Notes under the pieces: generated by a model
The model's database searches: none
Told to the model about the DNA's origin: nothing
Seen by the model: the letters and a program-made list of their open reading frames with translations, nothing else
DNA from: an uncultured Acidimicrobiales bacterium
Lineage (GTDB): Bacteria; Actinomycetota; Acidimicrobiia; Acidimicrobiales; DATKAS01
Direction of reading: 5' to 3'
DNA: 64,000 nt
Assembly (NCBI GenBank): GCA_963759645.1
Contig: CAVXAI010000008.1
Coordinates: forward strand, 206,496 to 270,495
Part shown: positions 21,867-34,119 of the stretch, one piece after another
Numbering within the stretch: the first letter of the stretch is position 1
Layout: each line of letters starts with the position of its first letter
Translations under genes and position numbers: made by a program

Positions 21867-23223
21867 GTGTCAGCAAAGAAGGAACCAAAGAAGGCAGACA
21901 AGAAGGAGACGAAGCCATCGGTGGTGATCGTTGGGGGTGGCTTCGCGGGCGTCGGATGCGCGAAGAAGCTCGCCGACCACGACATCCCCGTCACGTTGCT
22001 CGACCGCCACAACTACCAGCAGTTCCAGCCACTGCTCTATCAAGTGGCCACCGCCGAGCTCGCGACGACCGACGTCGCCCGGCCCCTCCGAGCGATCTTC
22101 GCCAAGGACAAGTCGGTCACCATGAAGCAGCTCGACGTCACCTCGGTCGATCCCGAGACGCGCACCGTGACGACCTCCGACGGTCAGACGTTCACCGGCG
22201 ACTACGTGGTCATCGCGGCCGGCACTCAACCCAACTTCTTCCACACCCCGGGCGCCGACAAGTTCGCGTTCCCTCTGTACTCGGTGCAGGACGCGACGAA
22301 GCTGCGGGCGCAGGTCTTCGAGGTGTTCGAGGAGGCGGCCGACAACCCGGCTCGCATCGACCAGGGGGCACTCAACTTCGTGATCGTCGGCGCCGGACCG
22401 ACGGGTGTCGAGACGGCCGGCGCGCTGGCAGACCTCGTGAACCAGGTGATGCCGAAGCGCTTCCATACGATCGCCGTCGACCGCGCCCAGATCTACCTCG
22501 TGGACCTCGGCCAGGTCGTGCTGCGCGCGTTCTCGGAGAAGGCTCACGCCTACGCCGCGGAGCGGCTGCAACGCAACGGCGTGAAGCTGCTGCTCGGCCT
22601 CGGCGTCAAGGAGGTGCGCAAGGGCAAGGTCATCCTCAGCGATGACACCGAGATCCTCACCCGCACGGTCATCTGGGGCGGCGGCATCCAGGCGTCGCCG
22701 ATCGCCGCGCATGTCGGGCTGCCCACGGGACGCGGTGGGCGACTCGCGACGCGAGCCCGACCTCACCGTCGAGGGGCACGAGCGCGTCTACGTGATCGGT
22801 GACATCGCGGCGATCCCCGATCCCGACGGCAACGACCTGCCCCAGCTCGGCTCGGTGGCACTGCAGTCGGGGCACTGGGCGGCCGAGAACATCCTCGCCG
22901 ACATCGACGGCAAGCCCCGCAAGCCCTTCCACTACAAGGACAAGGGCATCATGGCGATGATCGGCGACGGCGCCGCGATCGCCGAGATGGGCAAGAACCA
23001 CCACGAGCTCCATGGCCATGTCGCCTTCGCCGCGTGGCTCGGCGTGCATGCGTGGCTCATGAGCGGGGTCCGCACTCGCGTCGACGCCTTCGTCGCGTGG
23101 GCCAGCGACTTCGTCGGTGCGACCCGGGCGAGCTCGATCATCGTCGACAGCGACAAGGCGCGGATCGACTGGGGTGACGAGGAAGGATCGGACGAGCCGC
23201 TCAGCCACGAGCCGCCGAGCTGA
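21867..23223 (+). pseudogene. ndh: Type II NADH dehydrogenase (NDH-2), one frame break
   Basis: The GTG start has GGAG upstream. It has two dinucleotide folds, VVIVGGGFAGVG and FVIVGAGPTGVE, and a C-terminal VYVIGDIA. The protein runs from ORF 21867..22802 into ORF 22642..23223, with the break near 22740. Confidence 0.85.
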
Positions 23224-23232
23224 GACGCCGGG

Positions 23233-24831
23233 CTAGGCCGAGATCGCCGCCGCTCCGGAATCGATCCGGTGGTACCCATCGATGAGGGCGACCTCTTCAT
23301 CGTGCTTCGGGAACAGGAAGAACACGATCACGGCGCCGAGGACGATCGCAATGCAGCCCGCAAGGTACGCCCAGTCCTGCCCGTCGACGAACGATGACTT
23401 TGCCGCCGCGGTGATCTGGCTCGCGTACTGCGGGTACTGCTGGGCAGTCGCCTCGGCGCTGGCGAACGACTTCGTGAGCTGCGCCTGCACGCTGTCCGTG
23501 ACGTCACTCGCGTCCGGTGAGCTCGCGATGGCCGCGGAGATGGCAGCTGCGTATCCCGCGGTCAACAGCGCGCCGAAGATCGACTGCATGATCGCCCCGC
23601 CGAGATCGCGCTGGAGGTCGGCCGTGCCCGATGCCATCCCGGCACGCGACACCGGCACCGAGCTGGTGAGCGAACGCGACGCCGGGGTACCCGCGAACCC
23701 GACTCCGGCGCCGATGAACGCGTAGCCCAGGCCGACTTGCCAGTAGGGACTGTGGTCGCTCCACAGCACGAGCATCGTCGCGAAGCCGAGGAAGCAGAAG
23801 ACATAGCCGCAAAGCAAGGTGAATCGGGCACCTCGCGCCTCGACGAACTTGGCCGACCGCGGCGCGATGAGCACCATGAACACGGCCGCGGGAAGGATCG
23901 ACGCACCGGCCTCGAGACTCGAATAGCCGAGCACGTTTTGCAGGAACTGCTGGCCGACGAACATCGCTCCCATGAGCGAGCCGAACACGATGATGCCCGC
24001 GATCGCCGCGACCCAGAACGTTCGTCGGCCCGCGATCTTCAGGTCGTACAGGGGCACCTCAGCCGACCGCTGACGAAGAAAGAACGCGATGCCGGCGCCG
24101 ATCGCGATCGCGGCCAGGGTGAGCACGAGCGCCGTCTCGTTCGGCACCGGCGCGAAGTTGATCGCGAGCACCATCGAGCCGACGAAGACCACGGAGAGCA
24201 CCCCTCCGAGGTTGTCGACGGACTCGGTCGTCTCGTTGACGTGGCTCGGCACGAGCACGAGTGCAAGGACGAACGCCACCGCCGCGAGCGGCAGGGTCAC
24301 GAGGAACACCGAACCCCACCAGAAGTGCTGGAGCATGAAGCCGGAGACGAGGGGTCCGAGTGCCGCGATCGCGCCTCCGAGCGCAGACCACAACGCGATC
24401 GACTTCGTGCGCGCCGGCCCCGACCACAACGCCGTGATCAGGGCGAGCGTCGTCGGGTACGCCATGCCGGCGGAGAGCCCGCCGACGATGCGGGCGAGGA
24501 TGAGCACCTCGATGCTGCCCGCCCACGCCGCGACAATGCACGCGGGAATCGAGAGACCGATGCCGAGGAGCAGCATCATCTTCCGGCCATAGCGATCACC
24601 CAGCGCGCCCAGCCACAAGACCGAGGCCGCCAGACCGAGCGAGTACCCGACGGCGACGAGGTTCAGCTCCGTCTGCGATGCGTCGAACGCGATGCCGATG
24701 TCGGGAAGCGCCACGTTCGCGACAGCGAGGTTCAGGTTCGCGACCGCCGCGACCAGGATGAGCGCAAGCAACACCATCCCGCTGCGCGCTGGAGCAGTTG
24801 ACACTCGTGTAGGAACAGCCGTGTCGGTCAT
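23233..24831 (-). CDS. MFS transporter, DHA2 (EmrB/QacA-like, 14-TMS) drug:H+ antiporter family
   Basis: Intact ORF 23233..24903. The preferred start is the internal MTDTAVPTRV... at 24831. It carries MFS motif A (GALGDRYGRKMMLL) and many hydrophobic segments. Confidence 0.8.
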   Translation of the reverse strand: MTDTAVPTRVSTAPARSGMVLLALILVAAVANLNLAVANVALPDIGIAFDASQTELNLVAVGYSLGLAASVLWLGALGDRYGRKMMLLLGIGLSIPACIVAAWAGSIEVLILARIVGGLSAGMAYPTTLALITALWSGPARTKSIALWSALGGAIAALGPLVSGFMLQHFWWGSVFLVTLPLAAVAFVLALVLVPSHVNETTESVDNLGGVLSVVFVGSMVLAINFAPVPNETALVLTLAAIAIGAGIAFFLRQRSAEVPLYDLKIAGRRTFWVAAIAGIIVFGSLMGAMFVGQQFLQNVLGYSSLEAGASILPAAVFMVLIAPRSAKFVEARGARFTLLCGYVFCFLGFATMLVLWSDHSPYWQVGLGYAFIGAGVGFAGTPASRSLTSSVPVSRAGMASGTADLQRDLGGAIMQSIFGALLTAGYAAAISAAIASSPDASDVTDSVQAQLTKSFASAEATAQQYPQYASQITAAAKSSFVDGQDWAYLAGCIAIVLGAVIVFFLFPKHDEEVALIDGYHRIDSGAAAISA

Positions 24832-24899
24832 CCGAGCGGACCCTATGCGGGACTCGTTCCACCTGCATCCCCCGGTTTGGGTGACGCATCGCTCGACGA

Positions 24900-25088
24900 T
24901 CACTTCCTGGGTCGTTCAGCCCAAATCGCATCCGCGTCCTGCAGCCCGCCGTCCCCGCATCCGACCGGAACAACGGTGGCGGAGAAGGTCGACACCGATC
25001 GGCGGACGGCGGACTGGTCGACGAGCTTGACGACACGCTCGACGAGGTGGGCGATGTCGTCGGCGGGCTGCTCGGCAGCTCGGGTCAC
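24900..25088 (-). CDS. Hypothetical small protein (62 codons); only the first ~28 codons look coding
   Basis: The GTG start overlaps the stop of the upstream sORF (GTGA). TRAAEQPADDIAHLVERVVKLVDQSAVR uses almost only G/C-ending codons, and codon quality decays afterwards. No family was recognised. Confidence 0.3.
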   Translation of the reverse strand: MTRAAEQPADDIAHLVERVVKLVDQSAVRRSVSTFSATVVPVGCGDGGLQDADAIWAERPRK

Positions 25089-25192
25089 GGGTCGGGCGGC
25101 TCCGGTTCGAGCGGGCCGGGTGGCGGCGGATCGAGTGGGCCCGGGGGCGGAGGATCGAGCGGGCCGGGTGGCGGCGGAGGGTTGCTCGACAT
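25085..25192 (-). CDS. Putative 35-codon polyproline-repeat sORF: MSSNPPPPPGPLDPPPPGPLDPPPPGPLEPEPPDP
   Basis: This is my own minus-strand translation; the ORF is below the ORF-track length cutoff. It is built from three 24-bp tandem units. The GAGG sits too close to the ATG to be a good SD. Coding status is unproven. Confidence 0.3.
   Translation of the reverse strand: MSSNPPPPPGPLDPPPPGPLDPPPPGPLEPEPPDP
25104..25180. repeat. Three tandem 24-bp units (outer two identical over 23 nt: TCGAGCGGGCCGGGTGGCGGCGG; middle unit degenerate)
   Basis: Units start at 25107, 25131 and 25155, giving a period of 24 bp (8 codons of PPPPGPLD on the minus strand). Confidence 0.85.
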
Positions 25193-25235
25193 CCTCGGGC
25201 TCTGAGTACGACCCTACGCGTCAAGCCGAAGTGGG

Positions 25236-25847
25236 TCAGCGGTTCCTCGGCTCGCGCCACATGTTCCACATGGGCGGGCAGTCGTCGTCGACCCGCAGCA
25301 CTTCGATGACACCGAAGCCGTGACGCTCGTAGAGCTTTTGGTTGCGCTCGCTCGTAGCGACGAGGAATGCTGCGACGCCATCGCGGTCGCACGCAGTGAG
25401 CATCGGTGCCAGCACCGCCGACCCGAGACCGCGGCCCTGACGGCTGGCCTCGACACCGACGAACTGAAGATACGCGGCGGGATCGTGAGGATGGTGGCTG
25501 TCGATCGTTGCCACGAGGGCCTCGCAGCGCGACACGTCCGGCCCGCACAGCTCGAGCAACGCGGTCCCGAACTGCTCTGCCTCTGCCTCGGACGGCACGG
25601 ACACACCGGCCGGAGCCCACATGGCGACGCTCGACTCGGTGACGAAAGTCGCGTCGTGCGGGATGAAGGCGTCCGCGAACACCTCGAAGAACGGCTGCAA
25701 CAGCTTCACTCGCCGATCCGCCGCGGGGATCATCCACGAGAAGATCGGATCGTCGTTGAACGCGCTGCTCAGCACGGCGGCGACGTGTGAGCGCTGCGCC
25801 AGGGTCGCTCGTTGGATGACAGGCGCGTCGGAAGAGAGAGTTGACAT
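25236..25847 (-). CDS. GNAT family N-acetyltransferase
   Basis: Intact 203-aa ORF. The acetyl-CoA motif A is VEASRQGRGLGSAVL, with the typical C-terminal YERHGF. Confidence 0.8.
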   Translation of the reverse strand: MSTLSSDAPVIQRATLAQRSHVAAVLSSAFNDDPIFSWMIPAADRRVKLLQPFFEVFADAFIPHDATFVTESSVAMWAPAGVSVPSEAEAEQFGTALLELCGPDVSRCEALVATIDSHHPHDPAAYLQFVGVEASRQGRGLGSAVLAPMLTACDRDGVAAFLVATSERNQKLYERHGFGVIEVLRVDDDCPPMWNMWREPRNR

Positions 25848-25889
25848 GGCATGTGACCTTTCTGGTTCTGGCTCGGGAGGGATTGAGCG

Positions 25890-27305
25890 TCAGGTCGCCT
25901 GGGCGAACTGACTCCGGTAGGTCGCGGCGGCCTTCACATAGCGCTGCGCGCTCGGAAGATCGGCGCGGGCGTTGGCGATCTCGGCGAAGCGAGTGAGCGT
26001 GTACACGCTCGATTCGCGAGTCGCGAGACGCTCGTTGACCAGTGCGGTCGCCAGATCGAGCTCGCGCGCACGGATCGCCGAAGTGAGCAACGTGCGCTGC
26101 AGCGCGTCCCGCTGTGCATGGGAGCCGCCGAACACCTGGAAGGTCGCACGAATCGGAAGGAGCTCGTCGATGACCTGACGGTCGTTGCCTTCCGCGAAGG
26201 CCACCACCGCACGAGAGGCCGGCAGACCGACCTCTGTGGTCATCGCCAGATTGCTCGGGCTCGCGGCGCCGCCAGCTGTCGCGTAGCGCTCGAGCCGATC
26301 GACCACGGCGCGTGCCTCAGTGAGACGACCGGCGCCGGTCAGCGCCATCACGGCGTGCATGTCGTTGAACACGTACCACGGCTCGTCGACGGTGCGGCTC
26401 GCCCACGCGTCGGCCAGTGGGCCGAAGCGTCCACCGGTGTCCTCACCTTCGAGGTACAGGCGCCACAGCAATGCGCTCGCGTCGAGCATCTCGAGCGGAA
26501 CGCCCACCGACTCGCTGTTGTGCACGCGAGCGTCGTAGATGGCGAGGGCGTCGTTGAGCTTGCCCGCCTCCAAGAAGTAGAGCGCGAGGTGCCACCAGTT
26601 GTGCACGGTGAACAAGTTGCCATCGCCCCAATCGGCCTCGCGGGAGTGCAGGAAGCGGATGCCGTCCGCAACTCGGCCTTGCATCTCGTAGACGTGGACC
26701 ACGGCGTGGATCGCCCACACGTCGTCGGGATGCGCCTCGACGGCGGCGAGCCCGTGCGCCTCGGCTGCCTCGTAGTGGCCAGACTCCTCGAGACCAAACG
26801 CGAACATGCCTCGAACGAACCCGTAGTGCGGCGACTCGGGGTCGATGCTGCCCATCGAACGAGCGATGCGGTCGCGGAGGTTCCGGGCGTCGCCCCTGAA
26901 GAAATCGAGCAGGTGACCGGAGAGGAGCGCGAGCAGGTCGGTCGGCCAGGCGATCAGCAGCTGGTCGAGCTGGCGTGCCGCGCCATGCCAGTCGCCCGCG
27001 AGCCACTTCTGGATCGCGGCCAGATGGGCGGCCTCGCGTGGGTTCAGCTCGAGCCCGGCGAGCGCTTCGGCGGACTCGCGCGCCCCGGGCAGGTCGACCG
27101 TGTCGGTCGAGCTCAGCGAGAGGTAGGCGGCCATCGCGTGGCCCATCGGGAACTGCGGTTCCTCGGTGACGAGCGCTGTCGCGACGTCGATGACGTCAGG
27201 GTGGTACCGGAGGTACCGGTCGATGGCCAGGTCGTATTGGTCAACCCCATGTCCGCTCGACACGGGGTTGCCATAGGCGTCGGTGCGGTTTGCGATGAGT
27301 GTCAT
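25890..27305 (-). CDS. Tetratricopeptide-repeat protein, TTC38-like family (function unknown)
   Basis: The ORF 25890..27428 is intact. The preferred start is MTLIANRTDAYGNPV at 27305. It is helical-repeat rich (...GHYEAAEAHGLAAVEAHPDDVWAIHAVVHVYEMQGR...NWWHLALYFLEAGK...), which I recall as the TTC38 pattern. Confidence 0.55.
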   Translation of the reverse strand: MTLIANRTDAYGNPVSSGHGVDQYDLAIDRYLRYHPDVIDVATALVTEEPQFPMGHAMAAYLSLSSTDTVDLPGARESAEALAGLELNPREAAHLAAIQKWLAGDWHGAARQLDQLLIAWPTDLLALLSGHLLDFFRGDARNLRDRIARSMGSIDPESPHYGFVRGMFAFGLEESGHYEAAEAHGLAAVEAHPDDVWAIHAVVHVYEMQGRVADGIRFLHSREADWGDGNLFTVHNWWHLALYFLEAGKLNDALAIYDARVHNSESVGVPLEMLDASALLWRLYLEGEDTGGRFGPLADAWASRTVDEPWYVFNDMHAVMALTGAGRLTEARAVVDRLERYATAGGAASPSNLAMTTEVGLPASRAVVAFAEGNDRQVIDELLPIRATFQVFGGSHAQRDALQRTLLTSAIRARELDLATALVNERLATRESSVYTLTRFAEIANARADLPSAQRYVKAAATYRSQFAQAT

Positions 27306-27381
27306 GCGTACACCATGAACGAGGCCTCTCGCGTGCCCCTCGCGTCCGCTCGTGCCTGCTCGCGCGTCGCGAGCGGAGCTG

Positions 27382-30267
27382 TCAGGGCCCGAGCTCAGAC
27401 GCGGCCAGCGCCGCGGCGGCCTCGACATCGAGTCCAGCGCCTTCGAGCGCGGGCGACGGTGAAGTCGTCACCCAGCTCGACCTCGAGCCGCCCCGCCAGC
27501 TCGGCGAGCAGGAGCGCATCGTCGCCGAACACCTCGTGCCCGGAACCCGGGGCAGTGACGGCACCCAGCAGCACCGCAGCGGCGCGCGGCTTCCCGAGTC
27601 GATGGAGCAACTGCGCGATCGAGCGGAGCAGGGTCCAGAGCACCGAATACTCGCCCGACCGGCGCCACCACGGCAGCAGCCACCGGTAGGCCGCGACCGC
27701 GGCGTCGACCTCACCATGGCGGGCGTCGATCGATGCCGCCAGGGTGCCCGCGATCCCGGTGACGAACCACGCCCCCGTGATCTCGGCCTCGTCGAGGGCG
27801 CGTTGCGCGCGCCGCCGGGCCTCGAGCGGATCCTCCGTTCATGATCGCCTCGCCCGCGCCGTGCCATGCGTAGGCCCCGTGGGGGGTCGGACCCTCGGGG
27901 ATGTTCGCAATCAGCTCCTCGACGAGCCGCCCGGTATCGGGAGACCCGGAGTACGTCGCGGACAGGACACGATCCGTCATGGTCATCAGACGTTGCACGG
28001 GCCTGCTGTCCGCGTCGTGCGTCTCCAATGAACGGGCCAGCCATTCCTGGGCTTCGTCGAGCCGTCCGGTCACCATCGCGTGCACGCCGATGAGGTTCGC
28101 GACCGTCAGCGCGAGGGGCACGCCGAGTTCCTCGGTGACAGTCGAGCGCCTCATTTCCGAGTCGCTCCATCGTGGCGAGATCACCCCGCTTCCACGCCCC
28201 CAGGCCGGCGCTCGCGAGCGCATTCGGGGTCAGGGGATGGCCAATGGCGCGGCCGAGGGCGGCCGCCTCCTCGCCCCACCCGAGGACCTCGGGCTTCATG
28301 CGCATGAAGCCGTAGTCGTAGAGCGCGTCCACCATCTGCAAGTCGCTGTCGGCGTCACCCGTCTCCACGAGGAACCGGTGGGCGGCGCGCAGCTCGATCA
28401 GCAGGGCGTCGAGCTGCGCGAGGGCCGCGGCCGAATCGGTCGGGATACGCACCGCGCACTCGGTGACCATCTCCAGGGCCCGAGCGGCGTGCCGCTTCCT
28501 CAGCTCGTCGATGCGTCCGGTCTCGGCGAGGCGCTCGAGCGCGAACTCCTTCAGCGTCTCGAGCAGCACATAGCGACCATCGGCGGTCCGCTGCACGAGC
28601 GAGCGCTCGACGAGCGCGATGAGCGTCGGACTCGTCCTCGAGTGCGGCGACGCTGATGCCGTCGGCCGTCGAGAACGGTCCAGAGAACACGCCCAACGAG
28701 TCGAACGCTCGCTGCATCTCGTCGTCGAGCAGGTCGTACGACCACGCGACGGCCGCGGAGAGCGATCGCTGACGGGGCGCGGTGCGCATCCCGCTGGTCA
28801 GCAGACGGAAACGATGGTCGAGGCCAGCCGCGACTTCGGTGAGCTCCATCGCCTGCAGCCGTGCCGCGGCGAGCTCGATGGCGAGCGGAAGACCGTCGAG
28901 TCGCCGGCAGATCTCGGCGGCGACGGCCAGGTTGGTGTCATCGAGGCTGAAGTCCGGGCGCACGGCGCTCGCCCGATCAGCGAAGAGCTGCAGCGCGGGG
29001 TCCGCCACCGATGCCATCTCGGCCACGGTGAACGGGCTCACGGGTGAGAGGTGCTCGCCTTCGACCGCGAGACGCTCTCTGCTCGTCACGAGCACACGCA
29101 CATCAGCGCATCGGCGCAGCACTGCTTCGGCGAGGCCCGCGGCGGCGTCCAGCACGTGTTCGCAGTTGTCGAGCACCAGCAGCCCGTGATCGGGCCCGAG
29201 CACCTCGGTGATGCGACCTCGGAGAGACACGCCGGCGCGTTCCTCGACGCCGAGGGTCTCGGCGACGACGACCTCCACCGTGTCGACTGATGCCGACGCG
29301 AGCTCGCAGAGCCACACACGCGTCACCGGTTCCCTCGACCTGCCGGCCCACCTCCAGCGCGACACGGGTCTTGCCGACGCCCCCCGGACCGATCAGCGTC
29401 ACGAGCCGCTGCTCGTGCAGTCGCGCAATCACTCGGCTGACGAGCTCCGCCCGACCGATGAAGCTGCTCGGCGGCGTCGGCACCGTGGGCACCGCGCCTA
29501 CCGCGGCTCCGCGGTCGGACGGGTCGCGCTCGAGTCAGCGAGGTCCGCCCTCGAGCACCTCCAGGTGCAGAGCCCGCAGCTCGGGCGACGGTTCGATGCC
29601 CAGCTCTTCGGCGAGCCGCCGGCGGAAGTCGTCGAACACGCGGGAGGCCTCCGCAGTCCGACCCTCCGCGGACAGCGCTCGCATGAGGAGCTCGGCGGGC
29701 CGTTCGCGCAACGGGTGCTGGCCCGCGAACGCGATGAGGTCGGGGAGCACGTCGCGATCCGTCCCGATCTGCATCAGTGCGACGAGGCGCTCCTCGCGGG
29801 CGAGCGTCTCGAGCTCACGCAGTCGCGACACTTCGATGCGAGCGGCATCAAGATCGGCCAGCTCGTCGTAGGGCTCGCCCCGCCACCACGAGAGCGCGTC
29901 GTCGAGCATCTCGACCGCGCGACTGCGGTTCGTCGGCGCGGATGCTCATCGCCTCCGCCACGACTCTGCCGAAGTTGTGCGCGTCGACGTCGTCTGGGTC
30001 GGCGTTCAGCCGGTAGCCGGCGCCGGCCGTTTCGATCGCGCCCTCGGGCAGGATGCGGCGAAGCCGAAAGACGTGGGTCTGCAGCGCCGCAGCCTGGTCG
30101 GCGGGCAGTCGATCGGGCCACAGCAGGTCGACCAGGCGGTCGGACGCGACCACCGAGCCCCGCTCGAGCACGAGGGCGGCGAGCAGTCGCCGCTGCCGCT
30201 CGCCCGGTGGCCCGGTCTCGTTCCCGGCCTCCGCGATCCGCAGCGGTCCGAGGACCCGGTACCGCAC
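27382..30267 (-). pseudogene. Large SARP/AfsR-type regulator (OmpR-type wHTH + BTAD + NB-ARC ATPase + TPR-like C-terminus), about 6 frame/stop disruptions
   Basis: The GTG at 30267 has AAGGAG 7 nt upstream. Domains read MRYRVLGPLRI...LQTHVFRLRRILP (wHTH), ALSWWRGEPYDELADLD...LEVLEGG (BTAD), FIGRAELV...LIGPGGVGKTRVALEV and LLVLDNCEHVLD (NB-ARC), then helical repeats. The pieces lie in ORFs 29848.., 29535.., 29103.., 28355.., 27382.., 27711.. and 27395... Confidence 0.75.
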
Positions 30268-30330
30268 GTCACCACTCCTTCGACCTGGTTGAAGTCACGC
30301 AGCGTAAGGGACCAGGGCGGGACGCCCCGG

Positions 30331-30359
30331 CGGATACAGCGCGATGCCCCATCGGATAC
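30331..30359. promoter_or_regulatory. Two direct CGGATAC heptamers spaced exactly 22 bp apart in the SARP/hydrolase divergent intergenic region
   Basis: The heptamers lie at 30331..30337 and 30353..30359. SARPs are known to bind heptameric direct repeats at 11/22-bp phasing. A single 7-mer pair could be chance. Confidence 0.25.
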
Positions 30360-30381
30360 CGGCTGTTCTACGGTCGCGCGC

Positions 30382-31327
30382 GTGGCGCTGGAGAGCTACC
30401 TCGCAGAGGAAGTGGCACTCGACTGCGCGGAGGGCCTGATGTCTCGTCGGGAGGCACTCCGCCGGCTCGCTTTGCTCGGTCTGAGTGCGACCGCGGCGAC
30501 GACACTGCTCGCCGCGTGCGGCGACGACTCGGGCGACGACGACGGGTGCGGCGGCCACGACCGCCTCCGTCGCCTCTTCGATCCCCGCCGACACGGCTGC
30601 GGCGACGACCGCCGCGCCCGCCACGACTGCCTCCGCCAGCGAGGCGCCGACGGCCGAGGAGATCCGCTTCGCCGGACCCCGGGGTGAGCTGATCGGCGTT
30701 CTCGCGACCGCGCCAGATCCGAAGGGCGCCGTGCTGGTGATCCACGAGAACCGCGGGCTCACGCCCCACATCCGGACCATCCCGGGTCGCCTCGCGGCTA
30801 GCGGCTACACGGCGCTCGCGATCGACCTCCTCTCCGAGGAGGGCGGCACCGCGAGCCTGCCGTCAGAAGGCGACGCCACCGCCGCGCTCGGTGCCGCGTC
30901 GCAAGAGCGGCTCGTCGAAGACATGCGGGCGGGCATCGACGAGCTCGAGCGCCGCGCGCCAGGAGCGGGACTCGCGATGATCGGCTTCTGCTTCGGCGGA
31001 GGCATGACGTGGCTGATGCTCGCCAAAGGTGAGCCTCGACTCGGGGCGGCCGTCCCGTTCTATGGGCCGGCCCCGGCCGAGCCCGACTTCAGCGGGTCGA
31101 GCCAGGCTGCGGTGCTCGGCATCTATGCCGGAAATGACGACAGGGTGAACGCCAGCCAACCCGCGGCACGTGCCGCGCTCGAGGCTGCGGGGATGACCCA
31201 CGAGCTCCAGACGTTCGAAGGCGTCGACCACGCGTTCTTCAACGACACGGGGCCTCGGTACAACGCTGAGGCGGCCACTCAGGCCTACGACGCGATGATC
31301 GGCTGGTTCGACGAGCACCTGAGCTGA
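30382..31327 (+). pseudogene. Dienelactone hydrolase family protein with Tat/lipoprotein-like leader, one frame break
   Basis: The N-terminus is YLAEEVALDCAEGLMSRREALRRLALLGLSATAATTLLAAC (ORF 29977..30687). The DLH core (VIHENRGL, GFCFGG nucleophile elbow, VDHAFFND) lies in ORF 30485..31327. The break is near 30540. The alternative start is the ATG at 30439. Confidence 0.75.
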
Positions 31328-31379
31328 CCCGGGCGCGCGCCCGACGGCGACACGCGAAGGGCCGCGCGAGAGTGAGCAG

Positions 31380-34080
<2,701 letters not shown>

Positions 34081-34083
<3 letters not shown>

Positions 34084-34105
34084 CGCGTCGCCGGGCGGCG
34101 CGTCA
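34081..34105. terminator. Bidirectional GC hairpin between convergent genes (TGACGCGTCGCC / GGCGGCGCGTCA)
   Basis: The inverted repeat has one G-U position. It starts at the glycosidase stop codon and lies 15 nt from the stop of the convergent BON-CBS gene. Confidence 0.4.
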
Positions 34106-34119
34106 GGCGCTCGCCAGCG

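Noticed and set aside
25104-25180. Possible CRISPR-like array
   Set aside because: There are only three directly abutting 24-bp units with no spacers, and no cas genes are nearby. It is a simple tandem repeat.
24877-25323. A plus-strand 148-aa ORF and a minus-strand 273-aa ORF (24916..25737) across the MFS-GNAT gap
   Set aside because: Both are Arg/Gly/Ala-rich low-complexity translations that run antisense or out of frame through the GNAT gene. No motifs were seen.
27382-30267. Reading the NB-ARC/TPR protein as an Avs/STAND-type antiphage sensor
   Set aside because: The N-terminus is an OmpR-type winged helix plus a BTAD domain. This is the standard AfsR/SARP transcriptional-activator architecture, and no nuclease or other effector domain was seen.
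31330-31343. A 14-bp perfect palindrome, CGGGCGCGCGCCCG, right after the dienelactone-hydrolase stop
   Set aside because: A pure alternating GC palindrome of this kind arises easily in GC-rich DNA. It can form only a 4-bp stem once a loop is allowed, so I do not call it a terminator or operator.
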